This document shows, piece by piece, positions 51,373-64,000 of a stretch of DNA of 64,000 nucleotides. The position numbers were made by a program, and so were the translations under genes. Within the stretch, counting starts at the first letter, position 1. Each line of letters starts with the position of its first letter. The notes beneath the pieces were generated by a model. It did no database searches and had not been told where the DNA came from. It saw only the letters and a program-made list of their open reading frames with translations. Source of the DNA: Euprymna scolopes (Eukaryota). The DNA lies in the NCBI GenBank assembly GCA_053919585.1, contig CM132796.1; one strand, 5' to 3'.

Positions 51373-51975
51373 AAATACCTAGATATACTAGAGATTCATC
51401 CTTTCGGGAATCACCACTTCATGGTGCCACAGTTAATACCGATCGATAGATTCGAATTCAGTTACAGAAGCAATATTTAGATTCATTAGTAGGGGGGGGC
51501 AATGCATTTTTCCACCGTTAATCGCGGGAAATACTGTTGACATTTTAATATTTTTTTTTTAAAAATGTAAAAAACGTATGTCAGTTTAATATAATCATTA
51601 TATGATGATCTGGCATACGAGCAAATGTGACGGACCTTTATTTTAACTGGAAGTGCTTAGCATTAAGTAACGAGTGTCTTAAATAGGTTGGTATGATTAT
51701 TTACGATAATACCTATAGAGACTAATGTTAAATGTCATCGGTAATCATCAGTGCAGGTGTCACGATTAACACCAGTCGATAGAAATTACACCGGCACCAG
51801 AAGCCATCTCTAACTCTGTCAGAAGTGACCCAATCGATTCGGCAGGGTAAACGGCAAGATATACTGTTGGCATTTTAACATTTATTTTATTAATGTTATA
51901 CGTCTGGCAAAGTGAGCTAATCATTATGTGATAACCGTCACATACGAGCTAAATTGACTGACTTTTATTTTAACA
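51373..51975 (-). repeat. Second array of the hammerhead-containing monomer (at least 1.8 copies, runs into a gap)
   Basis: Cores at 51411 and 51745 (334 bp apart): GTGGTGA-TTCCCGAAAGGAT-GAATC and ACACCTGCA-CTGATGA; bodies align to the 32.6-34.1 kb monomers. Confidence 0.8.
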
Positions 51976-51996
51976 TATATATATATATATATATAT

Positions 51997-52035
<39 letters not shown>

Positions 52036-52204
52036 TAAGAAAAGAGAGGGCTAGAGATTGAGAGGGAGCCGGATATAAGGAGGGAAGAATTGTATTCATA
52101 TAAACACCAAATCTTTCATTTTAGATGGAGATTTACCCCGTAGAATTTAACAAAATATAAAAAAAAAAATTATTCTACACTATTTGAAAAATATTCCATC
52201 TTTT

Positions 52205-53485
52205 TTGTTTGACGAAGTGATTTCTTAATGCTTTTCTGTTAATTCGAAAGACGTTCATTTATACAATGGGACAATTTATTTTCTTAAATAAAAATTCACT
52301 GACGGTAATGCCTCAATTACAGGATAAATACAACTTAACTTTTTATAGATATTTTAAAACTGTTCTTCTATTTTTTCTATTATCTTGATTTTACTAACAC
52401 TTAAAATAAGTTTTTTATGCAAACAAAATTGCATTAAATTACTAAAATTTATTTTTTCTTTAACTAATTAAAACAACGATAAAACCCCATTTTTTATACA
52501 ATAATAATGAATTTACGAACACTTATTAAAAAAATCTCTCTTTTCTCATTCAATCTTCTCATAAATTTCGATTGAATATTTTTCGAAACTTCATATTTTT
52601 AAATATTTATTTTACCTTACACTTCATTTTTACTATATCTTACTTTCTCTACAATTATATACACGATACTTTGTCGATATGTGGGGGAGGTCGTTCGTAA
52701 AAGACTCAAAAACGGCTAGCCTGATTCTTATGAAATTTCACACAACGGTATTTGCTGTGCTTGGTATGGTTTTCAGCTAGATTTTGCATCTAAAAGTTTT
52801 CAACAAGTATCGGCTACTGATAGCAACTATGTATTATTGTAGGTATGCAAAGTAAAATGACCGGCCATTTCTCAAGGTCTTTGCTTAGTGATTAGCCAGA
52901 CTGACGCTGACACCGAATTTCTGTTATGAAGTTATTCTTTCTACTACTTCAAACTTCACAGCGCATGCAGACACGAACACACAACCATTACAGTGTGCTT
53001 TCTGATTCGTTCGTTCTTACTTTTTGTTGGAGTACATAACTTCTTAATGTTGTTCCGTTAATTGAAAATGCGTTTATTGATACAATTGGACGATTCACCT
53101 TCTTCAATCAAAAACTTACATACGGTTTTATCCGAATTACAGTATAAATACAACTTAACATTTTTTTTTGTATTTTAAAATTCTTTCATTTTTCCCATTT
53201 ACTTGATTTTAATTAACATTTTATATCAGAGTGTTTATACAAATAAAAATAACCAAAATTGATGTTTCTTTGAACGATTAATCAAATAAGAACACTCCTC
53301 GTGACAACAATACAACCACAATATACAATACTAATACATTTACGGACATTTATTTTAAATTCCCTATTTTCGTATTTAATATTCTCATGAAGTTCGATTG
53401 AGTATTTTTCGAAAATTCATATTTTTACATCTTTTTTAACTTACATTTCTTTTATTCTTAGTATATCTTACTTTGTTTTACATAT
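52205..53485. repeat. Diverged ~460-bp direct repeat pair (52205-52660 / 53025-53485)
   Basis: Shared blocks aattacag.ataaatacaacttaac, ttcgattga.tatttttcgaaa.ttcatattttta and tatatcttactt. Confidence 0.75.
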
Positions 53486-53739
53486 AGATGTTTACATAAC
53501 TTTATTTTTCTATATGATTTCTATTCCTCTCCATAATTCCTCACTTATGTATAAGGTGATTTACATATATCGATTACCTTTTCACATAACTATCTTTACA
53601 TATTTGTTTTTTTTTTTAAATACACACTACATAAATATTAACATGGTCAAAGATTCTTTCGGCAGTGTCTACAGCAAACTAAATTAACATCTATCGCAAC
53701 TCGTTCTGACCACATGCTTAGAACATTCTATGTGAATTC

Positions 53740-53770
<31 letters not shown>

Positions 53771-54688
53771 TAATCACCCAACAGTGCTCACCTCTCTATT
53801 AACCGTTTTTATTCGTGCTTTAACTTAGCCAGCACCACGTACGGAGTCCAACAAAATGATGTCCTGTATTTACACATTAACTTATCTGGGAAAGCGAAAT
53901 TGACGCCGAATAAACAGAGTACAAATATTAATTTGGCTAAAACTAGAGACCCCTTAAATGTATTCAGAATCATTCGGGCATTATAATTCTTTCGTCTTTA
54001 TTTGGTTGCAAACTCCGCATTGATAGATTCATTATGAGCAACCCTAATCAAACGTGTTGCTTGTGGAATAACATTTTAGCAATGCAACAATAAATCATTT
54101 TTTCTGTTTTTCAACGTCCATTGAACAAGCAACTGATCCTTAAGAAATTGTGCAACAGTCTACCCGCATACTCGTATTTACTGAAATGATCCAGAGGTTT
54201 CTTAGATGTCGGTTTAACAAAATATAGGCCTCACAAAAAAATAAACACAAGTAGTATGCCCGGCAACATAAAGTAAGTATTTTTTTTGCCATAGTTGAAT
54301 AATTGTAGAACTATACAGCTCCAACCAAATGAATTCTTGCAGCGAATAGATAGTCGATGCTGACCATGTAGTTTCTCTACCAAATAACAAAAGAAATAAT
54401 GGCTCCCCAAACCCTATCAAAGTAGGTGGTATTGATCTGGAAGAATAGCGTCTAAGGGGAAAAGTAGAGAGAGTAGATTGTTGGTGGCACATTGCATGTA
54501 TAATATGGAAGCTTAATAGATCAGTAATATGTCAATATACACAAACTTTACTAAAATAACTTTAGGATTACAGAATAGAAAAAAGTAATTTATAAAACAC
54601 AGATACAATAAGCATAAAAATGGCATTTAATAAAGCCATGACCAAGGACGGATAATACTGATTGTATATGTATACACATACGAATACA

Positions 54689-54765
<77 letters not shown>

Positions 54766-56439
54766 GAGTTTATTGTCGTGCAAAAGTTTATACAGGAGTT
54801 TGCAATACCAAAGTATGGCCGTGTATACTCATGATCTATTTAACATTTGCAATACTATATTGCTACACGTTAATGAACATGCTTCGGCAGCTAGTTACCT
54901 GTAACTAGAGGTATCTCCAGGCTGATAGTATTTATTATATTCTTCAATTACCGCTATCTCGATCGTTAATCCCCATTCATTACCATTAATTCCTATATCT
55001 TAACACATACTTGACAATTACGACCACTTATTTCCTCTTTTTTACATTCATGACAATCTTATTTTTACAAACATTGCAGAAATTACCTTATATTAACTTC
55101 CTGTGACAAGGAAGAACTAATATTTTAATGACAAACTTTGCTTTCGTATAATCTCTAATGCCTGAAGGGGTTTTCTGTTACTGGTAACTATCTGGGAGAA
55201 ATATGCTCGTTATGTGTTGCAACATGTTACTGCTCATGTAAACATAAAAAAATATACATAGACTTCCTCGAATCAGGATTAAAATATGCGGTCCCTTAGA
55301 TTAACTGTCGTACACCACTTTCTTGCCTACACCAATACAACCTCATCCATTGCTATAAACGGCTGGCACTCTTATCTTACATTCCCACGCGTGTACGCAG
55401 TAGTATACACTACGGCACTCCCCTCCAAATTTGTAGAGGGATAAAACTAGAGACTCCCTGTTCATCAGTATGTGCATTGCATTGCCTATCATGTCACTTA
55501 ACCTTAGCTATAGATAATTTCTCCCATCACACAAACACTCCCAAACCTAACCTGAATGGTTTTCTTCCCTCCGTTGTGACATATTTATCCTTATGTCAAC
55601 CCTCTTTCTATATAAACCTTGATAAGCAATTATAGCGAAATTTCCTTTCATATCCACTTTGTATATTCATTATGACTTATCAAATTTAACCAACACGCTA
55701 CCCAGATATGCATTATAAAACACCCCCTTTAATTTTCTCCACGTAAAGTTTAAATTAATTTTTTATGCAATCGTGGCACAGAAACATAGTACGTCCTAAT
55801 ATCTTAAAACAACTTATCAGTTTCCCTCCCTCCAACATAAATATTTCCCCTATAGAAAGACCCCAAAATTGCCTGTTATAAAAGTATAGTGTTATATCTT
55901 ATAAATTTATCCAATTTTCGAATTTAATATACTTCCAATTATACCAGAGAGATTCAGTTATTTCCTCTGACACATAGCGTCGATATAAGCGGACATACTA
56001 AAATATTAAAACATACCTCCCACTAAGTCAACTGGTCAAACCTCTTAGATCCATTATTTTCACTTACTTTTCACTTTTAGCACATATAATTCCCCTATTG
56101 CTACCTCATCTCTTTATTACTCGTCTGCACTTAGCTAATAATATTTTTATATTCTAGTATATATAAAACACTGTCTTACCATCAAGGTGACTTATTTCTT
56201 GCAGCTCTGAACTCTCTTACAATCTAACTTTTTTGTTACCCATTTATATATAAACAAGGATTGTTCCTAGAAGAAATTATGAAATCACTTTGAGTTTTCT
56301 TTTTAAATACACACCTCGAAAACAGAACTACTTATATAATCCACCACATTCTATCGCATTTTCATACCGGACGTAAGAGATTTGGAGTCACAATATTACA
56401 TACGGAATTTTATTGCTAATTCAAATCACCTTCTCTCGA

Positions 56440-58670
56440 AAACACCCATTTATTATATGCTCAACCATTTTCCCAGCGTCCTTGGCAACAGAGCTGATGG
56501 ATGTGTTCCATTTCATATCAGGAGTAAAGGTCAAACGCAGAAGCTTGTCAAAATATGGAGCCTCCCCAAGACGAGATCCATCCATTTACATTGATGCCAG
56601 ATGGGCATCACAGCGCTGAAACTGTAAAGATAGAAGCTTGGTCTGGGATGCATTAAAAGTAGCCAGCCACATATTCCCCACTTTATCAGGCGTTCAAGAT
56701 AAGAAGAGAGAGAATTAGAGAAAACCTTGTCAGTTACGGCCTTTGATGTGTTGGCATAGATGGTGGTGTCATCAGCATAGATGTCAACGAATGATTTAAG
56801 TATGTGTTTTGGGAGATCAATGATGTAGATCAGGAACAGAGTTGGGTCCAGGATGGACCCCTGAGGGGCTCCAGCATTAATACTGTGGGCCTCTGATTTC
56901 TGCCCATAAACCATTACATTTATAAACCTATCGGAGAGGAATGATTGAGAAAATATTTCCAGTGATACCGTAGCTGTAAATCTTGTGAAATAGGCTCTTA
57001 TGCCATACCGTATCGGAGTCCTTCGATATGTCAAGAGAAATGACCCTGGAAAGGAAGCCCTTGTCAAGAGATTCACTAATCCTATGAGGTATAACTTTTA
57101 GCACATCTGATGTAGATCTTGGGGAGCGGAAACCATACGGCATGCCACTAAGCAGATTGTTTCTGCTGAGGGGGCTGACTACTTCTTTATTTAATATGGA
57201 TTCTAACAACTTACTAATTACACACAGGAGACTTGTTGGTCTGTAACAATAGGGAGATGACTTTTCACCTGAATTCTTAAATACAGGGCATACTGATGAG
57301 GTTGTCCAGGGTTTTGGAATGCACTTCTCCTTAAGGCAACGCTTAAACAGTATTGTATGTGTGAGCGCAAGTTCTGCTTGAAGCTTTTTGAGCACTATAA
57401 CTAGAATGAAGTCAGGGCCAGTTGTTTTAATGGAATCAATGTTCTTGATTAGCTTGGCGAACTCAAGCGCAGGTATTGTATGCTTCATAGCGTGTTCTCT
57501 GTTATAGAAAGGAAATACAGGGAGATGATAGCCTTCGTCGCATAGGGTAGAATTATCTGCAAAGTTCTTGGCAAATATTTAGGTCTTGTCTGGTGCTGAC
57601 GAGATGACATCAGATCAATTGATGATGGTTGGGATAGAACGCACGCCTCTGTTCAGGATCCTGTTTACTATTTGCCAAAATTGGTGGGAACCAAGCTGCT
57701 GCTCAACTACTTTGGATGTAGCGGACTGAACCTATAGCTATCTTTCATCTTTATTCCTCTTTTACAGTGGTTGCTAGAAGACCTGAAAGCAGCTTACATC
57801 TCAGTGCATCTATTACATTGGTATCTATGGGAAAATGATTTCTGTGCGCGATGGCAGCAGTACATTCTGGGAAGAACCATGGCTGGTTGTAAGGTTTTTT
57901 GTTGGATTTTTGATGGTATGAATCGATATGATCCTACAATTAACAATTCGGTCAGCTCTTATACTATAGAGGAAACATCCTTTTTAAACATGGAATGCAG
58001 AGGTAGATCAGATATGAATGTACGGAAGCTGTCCCAGTCAGCCATAGAGTATCGATATCAGTACGGTAGAGATGTACGTCTGAAGACGTATTACATTCCA
58101 TTTTTATATTAACTGCTACTACGAAGTGGCCGGAGGATCCCAGAGGAGATAGACGGAACATGAACATAGCTCGGGGTGTGTGTGAGGAAAAGGTCTTGAA
58201 GTCTTGGATACTGACCGGTAGTATCGAACACACGGATAGGTTCATGAACGATCTGAGATAGGCCATAGACAATGGCAAAATCATGACATAACCTACCCTC
58301 ATCATCGGTCTTTTTGCGTGGGTCAGCCATTCAACATTATGGACATTGAAGTCACGGCAATTGTGAATGTTAGCCGAAGCATGAGCAGACACGATATGTT
58401 CAATTATATCAGATATTCTCTTAAAATTAGTAACCCTACTGTTTCGGGGGCGATAGAGGGCAAATATAAATTATGTGGTGTATACTAGGGCAACCCGGAA
58501 GCACATATAAGTTAAATTAGTGTCTTCTCTGGAGATATTACTAGCACATGGAAAGCCATCTTTAATGTAGGCACCCATATCATGCTCATGGCGATCTTGA
58601 GGGTCAGATTTAGATGTAAAATTAGCGTATCCTTTGATTATTAATTCGTTTGGAACATTTATCAAATTAG
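56440..58670 (-). mobile_element. CR1/L2-group LINE pseudogene (EN plus RT, 3' part missing)
   Basis: DFNVHNVEWL, TGPD, YRPTSLL, YGFRS, LDISK..D.VWH, PQGSIL and YADD. Confidence 0.9.
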
Positions 58671-59467
58671 AAAGTCTGGTTATTTATCTCTTTTAAAAAC
58701 CTGGTTAAGAAGTAATAACTTTAGGGTTACTTATTAAGTTTAAACTAGCTAGTAGTAATACATGCTTTAGAGAGACAAAATGTCGCATTTTTTTGAGTTC
58801 AGACATTATGCAGGTATTAATTTGGAAATGTTCAATTTCATAGGGGGATGTTATTTATTTTTTTATTATTTATTATTTTTTACTTGGCTTTTTATACTTA
58901 TTTTCAACGTTCTTATTTATTCTTTTATATTTAATGACATTGTACTTCTTATTCCTTAATTATTATTACTATATTATAATATGAGAAAAATAATGCAGGC
59001 TATAAACCTTCGTATTTTGTCAACATACTTTTTATTCATCAGTTATCTTATTAACTTATATGTTTCATATATTACCATTTATACTTCATCATCTGAGCTT
59101 TAGTGCTTATGTGAATTATTTCTAATATTTTATCCTTCATTTAAATACTAAGATGAATTAATATTAGGACATAACATGCATTCTCTATTTAAAACGTAAA
59201 ACCTTCCAAATTTATAAAGCATTAATAGATTTTGATGCGTATACGCACAAATATATTTTACACACTACGCCACACATGGTATACAACAGTCTTAATTATA
59301 AAATAAAAGCCGTATTCCCTCTATATCAGGGAGCAGTTTATTTCTCCAATTCTATCCCCACACAGTTCAATATTTTATTTCTCACTACACAGTAATTTTG
59401 GACCTAATGTGGATATCGCTAGACGTCGGATCCCTATTTTGTTACCTAGCATCTTCACTCTTGTTTT

Positions 59468-59498
59468 CTGATGATAAGACTTAGACTTGAAAATACTA
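59468..59498 (+). ncRNA. Possible degenerate minimal hammerhead
   Basis: CTGATGA-T-AAGAC-TTA-GACTT-GAAA-ATAC-TA; one stem II mismatch, stem I not evident. Confidence 0.3.
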
Positions 59499-60066
59499 TG
59501 CTATAAATATATTTACTTATCCTAAAATTAAGGAGCGTATCACTATTTTTGTATGAGAGAATAAATCTATATACAGTAGTATATATGTGTATATTGCCTT
59601 TTTATTACATTATTTATATGCCCTCTCCCTCTCTCCCTCTCTCCCTCTCACAAATTCTCTTACTCTCCCGTATTATATATGCATATATATATATATATAT
59701 AAAGACAGAGAGATAGATAGATGGATAGATAAATAGATAGATTGAGAGATAGAGACACAGCTATCGAGTAAGACATATAAGCAGGCATAATCACAAATAT
59801 GCACACGTATATATATAACGAGAAAACAATAATTCTTTAGCCGAGAATTGAAAGTCAGTCTATTCAAGTGAAATAAACATGATTGTCTCAAAGGTTATTT
59901 TAAGGTCATTTATGATTTACCATCTGTCAACTCGTGTATGTGTACGCCTGTATTAACAGCTTAACTACGAGACTGTCACAACAGAAGAATTAAAACTTCC
60001 AAAGATTATAAAAAAATTCAGAAGAATAATTTTCTCGAAAACATTTAAACAGACATTTTACATCTC

Positions 60067-60108
<42 letters not shown>

Positions 60109-60843
60109 CTACCAACTTACATAGTTTTTCATTGTAATTTCTGATATTTTGGCATGATGTATAAACTCGATATGTATGTGTTATAGGAATCAGAAATCTT
60201 AGCCGGTTACATATAATTTGTTAAAAATAATTAAAGAATTTGGGGTACAGAGATACACTGGAATATAATGTATGATCCTGATTGAGTGGTACATCCTGGT
60301 ATCAATAACAATATTATTTAGTTCATAAAATACTATAGAATGCGATAAGTAGGGGAATTTCGATGTTGGTGGATCAAAGATAATATTGAAGTAGTATATA
60401 TATTTTGTTACATAGTGACATTTTTACAATACATCTGTTATACTTAATCTCCGTAGTTACCATAATTGAATCTACGATATTATTTAAAAACTCTATAGGA
60501 TTGGCGACTGCATAATTAAGTTTCCAGCTTGTGACAAATCTAGGCATCATATTGGTTGACTGGGTTTTCATAACGTATAAATTTGAAAAAAAAGTATTCG
60601 ACGAACGCCGAAGAGTTTTCTGTCATCTTACTACCGAAAAATGAAAATTGAAATATATTATCCTGATTCAGCCGGCGAGAATATAAGGAAATATATCAAG
60701 GTAAAACGAACGTATTTATTAGTAAAAATACAAGAACAGAAAAAAAGATAAGTTAAGTAGTTATGGCCTTCCCTCTCTCAATTTGTATGTAACTTGTTTT
60801 TTTTTCTCCCAAGATAGGAAAAAATAAATCTGCGCTTTCTTAC

Positions 60844-60889
60844 CAAATTGGGTGACTCTGTTATGCTCAATACGGAAAAAAATCCAGAA
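60844..60889 (-). other. Candidate 46-nt exon
   Basis: ccttttgttttttcag | exon | gtaaga; two open frames; no recognisable protein. Confidence 0.25.
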
Positions 60890-61699
60890 CTGAAAAAACA
60901 AAAGGCACCGCAGTACAATAATTACAACACTTTGTTACATGAAACAACAAAGAGAAATTTAAAAAAAGATTGTAAATAGATGAAAATTTGAAAAATATTT
61001 AACACACAATGAACAAGAACAAAGTTAGAAAAAATGTTCTACATAGTGACCTGCCCCTCCGAATTTAAAAATAAACGGAATTAAAAAAAAATCATTTTTT
61101 TTGTGTATTTTAAACGATATGAGATATATTTTTTAAATAGCCAATAATTGTCTGACGAAGAAACATATGTTAGTACAGACACACGAAGTCTGTTAATTGC
61201 ATTTTTTCGAATAAATGTTTATAATAATAAAGTGTAACGAACATGTAGAAACCAGGTACACCTAATCAATGAAAAAAAACAATTGTGTTTCTCTTTTCAA
61301 ACAAATAAAAATCTATTAAAAATAGAATTGATTAAAAAAATAAATAAATAAACGCTTCGAGACAAAAATCGCGGTGAATGGTGTGTTTTTGGAAAATTTA
61401 TTATTTTTTGAAATTGTAAAAGAGAAACATAGCATATTATTACATTATACTATTTATTCTTGAGCAACTACTTTTCTCCAGTGTTCTTTAGTAACACCGC
61501 TATAATATTTTTGTATCGATGAATTTTTATGTTTTACATGTTTTGTATGAATTATGTGTTTTGGAAATTTTTTTGTCTAAGAAGATTTAGCATGATTTGT
61601 AAAAAGCATGTAAATATATAATTACATATTAACTGCATTCAAGTAATTTGATCTTTTACTACAATATGAAAACCCAAAAAAAAAACAAAGAAAACTTAC

Positions 61700-61726
61700 C
61701 GTTACTTTTCCAGAAGATACAGTAGG
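61700..61726 (-). other. Candidate 27-nt microexon (PTVSSGKVT in phase 0)
   Basis: ttttgttatttaaag | exon | gtaagt; frame-preserving length. Confidence 0.25.
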
Positions 61727-61808
61727 CTTTAAATAACAAAATAAAGGTATTTAGTAGTCCTTTTGTATGTTTTGGCGATTAAGTGAAAAATAAGTGTATA
61801 TTTTTTTC

Positions 61809-61886
<78 letters not shown>

Positions 61887-62690
61887 TGTTACATGATAAG
61901 GGCTGTCCCCTGTTCATGTAAGTATAAAAATAGAGAGATTAGTTAAAATGGAAATAAGAGAAAGCAGAAATCGAACCCTGGACATAAGTTTTAAAGAACA
62001 ATAGGTTTAAATGGAATGTCCAGTAAATTGTTAATTCGGATGAAATAAATAATAAATAAACTATTCAATTGTTGAAAGAATGTGGATAATAAAATATGAG
62101 TTAAATAAATTAGATATGTAGGTTAAATTCCTTTGTGGAAACAAACAAGGAAAATAGGTTATTGGGAAATCAATGTCGAAAACGTGCAAAGTCGTGCATG
62201 TTGAGACACGTGGATTTTGCTCACGTGGCCGGGATGCATGGAGTTCTCAATATAGCAGGTGGGAGTTAGTTGGTGGAGGGACAGTCAGAGAGACAGTCAG
62301 AGAGACAGTCAGGAGAGACAGTCAGGGGAGACAGACAAGCGGACGTCTGAAGCGAGACGTCACTGCAGAAACTAAGATGTGAAACTTTGAGTTCTTAATG
62401 AGGAAATCCCGACCGGTCGTCAGAAAATAAATTCAGCATGTGTTTTGTGATAAAGCTCATCTTTGTGTTTGTGATTTCTACAAAAAGGTAAATTGTATTG
62501 TTATTATATGTCTGTGTATAAAATGTCATTACATACACATCTCTCTCTAAGATACAACATCATATGTAATAAGACAAGAACTCTCACTAAGACACATATC
62601 ATTACTAATAAGAACTCTCACAAGAAAAAGCATCACTTATAATAGTCTCTCTCTAAGACTCTTTCATGAAACAACTATATAACACTCTCA
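61887..62690 (+). mobile_element. Possible LTR followed by a PBS-like TGG motif
   Basis: Starts TGTTACA right after (TA)n; ends TATAACA/CTCTCA; TGGTG at 62694; internal 12-bp (acagtcagagag) and ~35-bp repeats. Confidence 0.35.
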
Positions 62691-62767
62691 ATTTGGTGTT
62701 CGTGAACCTTTTGCATCAGCGATGCAGAAACCGAACCTGGGGTCGATACCACGAAAAAAAAGAAAAA

Positions 62768-62975
62768 AAGAAACACAACGTTTTAAAGGGGTCCAACATA
62801 ATTTTAAAAAACAAATAAATAATACCACGGAAAAAGAAAAATTACACGATCACAGAATTCGAAAAAGAAAAAGAAACACAACGTTTTAAAAGGGTCCAAC
62901 ATAATTAAAAAAATAAATAAATAAATAATACCACGGAAAAAGAAAAAAAAATTACACGATCACAGAAATGCGAAA
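62768..62975. repeat. Near-identical two-copy ~105-bp tandem repeat
   Basis: aagaaacacaacgttttaaa.gggtccaacataatt..taccacggaaaaaga..attacacgatcacagaa occurs twice. Confidence 0.9.
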
Positions 62976-64000
62976 AAAAAATGATGAAAAAAAAAATTTG
63001 AACATACACGTACAGAGAGAACAAAAGATACAAGAAATATTAAAAAGAAAAAGAAGAAAAGGCCGATATGCCGTAAAAAGAAATTCGTAGTAATGGAAAA
63101 AAATAGTAAACAAGTCACCAAACGTAATTCATTGATAAATGAATTGGCCTGTTAAAAAACACACACACACACACATACACGCGAAGGCAAAGATTGTGTA
63201 ATCCATTATTGTTTTGAAATTTGTAGAAGGTCATTAGAAAATCTGTGTCAATATGAACTCATTTGGACGAATTGTTGAATTTAATCTGTCAATCAAAACA
63301 GGAATTTCAAAGGTCGCATGTACTCTCTATGAAACGGCGTGTAAATTGTTTTGAAATGCATTTTGTGTTCATAGTGAACTTTTCGGCTTTTGCGTGTTCA
63401 TTTATTTTGTTTTTGAAAAAAAAAAAAAAGGACAATTGTTTTGGACAGACTGTTGAATTGTTGTTTGTTACAGATGATTTTTTTTTGTTGTTAAAAAAAA
63501 AAGTTATAACTGTTGCAAAATGTTTAAATGTATTAAGGTATTTTTTTTTTGAAAATGTTTTTATGATGTTGAACAAATATTGTAAATTGTCTTATGTAAT
63601 GTTATGATTTTCACAGCAAGAATTCAAAGTTATCCGTAAATATACATTAGATTAAAATGATCTAGTAGAAAATAAGTTAAGACGTATGGTTGGCTTACAG
63701 ATTTAGTTAGAATTTTAGAAGGGGGACAAGAATTAAAATTACGTAAACGGGCATTTGGAGAGATTTTAGATGTGATACGCCGTAAGAAAGATGTTTTGTT
63801 TTAGCATTTGGTTTTGTTGTTTTTTTTAGAGATCCTAAAATTTTTTCTCCAAGAAAAGTGACTTGGTAGGGATTGATAAGCACAAGAAGTGCCCCTATAC
63901 GAAAAATTTGGGAACCTGGTTAATTAAGTGCTTAAAATAAGCTAGTTGCACGTAACGACTCCAAGCAAAGTAGTAAGTCTTGGCTTAGTTAATAAACAGG

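Noticed and set aside
1922-54904. ORFs with YIYIYI/CVCV/HTHT or poly-X runs
   Set aside because: They are translations of microsatellites or N-gaps

Overview
AT-rich, repeat-dense animal genomic DNA from a draft assembly (8 N-gaps, many (TA)n/(CA)n/(GA)n tracts). No intact host gene, rRNA, CRISPR or prokaryotic system is supported. The long ORFs in the track are transposon relics, microsatellite translations or gap artefacts. Recognisable relics: several CR1/L2-group LINE copies, an L1/Tx1 RT piece, RTE-like remnants, a Penelope-like GIY-YIG remnant, a Gypsy integrase, two Tc1/mariner relics, three Helitron-like non-autonomous elements, 5S- and tRNA-derived SINE heads, and a SINE with a perfect 15-bp TSD. 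The repeat mix resembles what I recall from cephalopod genomes, but the taxon is a guess. Main finding: two minus-strand tandem arrays of a ~330-342-bp monomer (32560-34094 and 51373-51975). Each monomer carries a type I hammerhead ribozyme, most with a tRNA-like Pol III B-box just upstream. The six-copy consensus by eye is ACACCUGCA-CUGAUGA-UUCCCGAAAGGAU-GAAAC-ACUAGU-GUC^UGUAGGUAU. This is a retrozyme / Schistosoma SM-alpha-like architecture. The first array's 5' end falls exactly on the predicted cleavage site. Further Penelope-type minimal hammerhead motifs lie at ~10.2, 10.7, 17.4, 22.6 and 59.5 kb. All alignments were made by eye, so boundaries of decayed elements are approximate.
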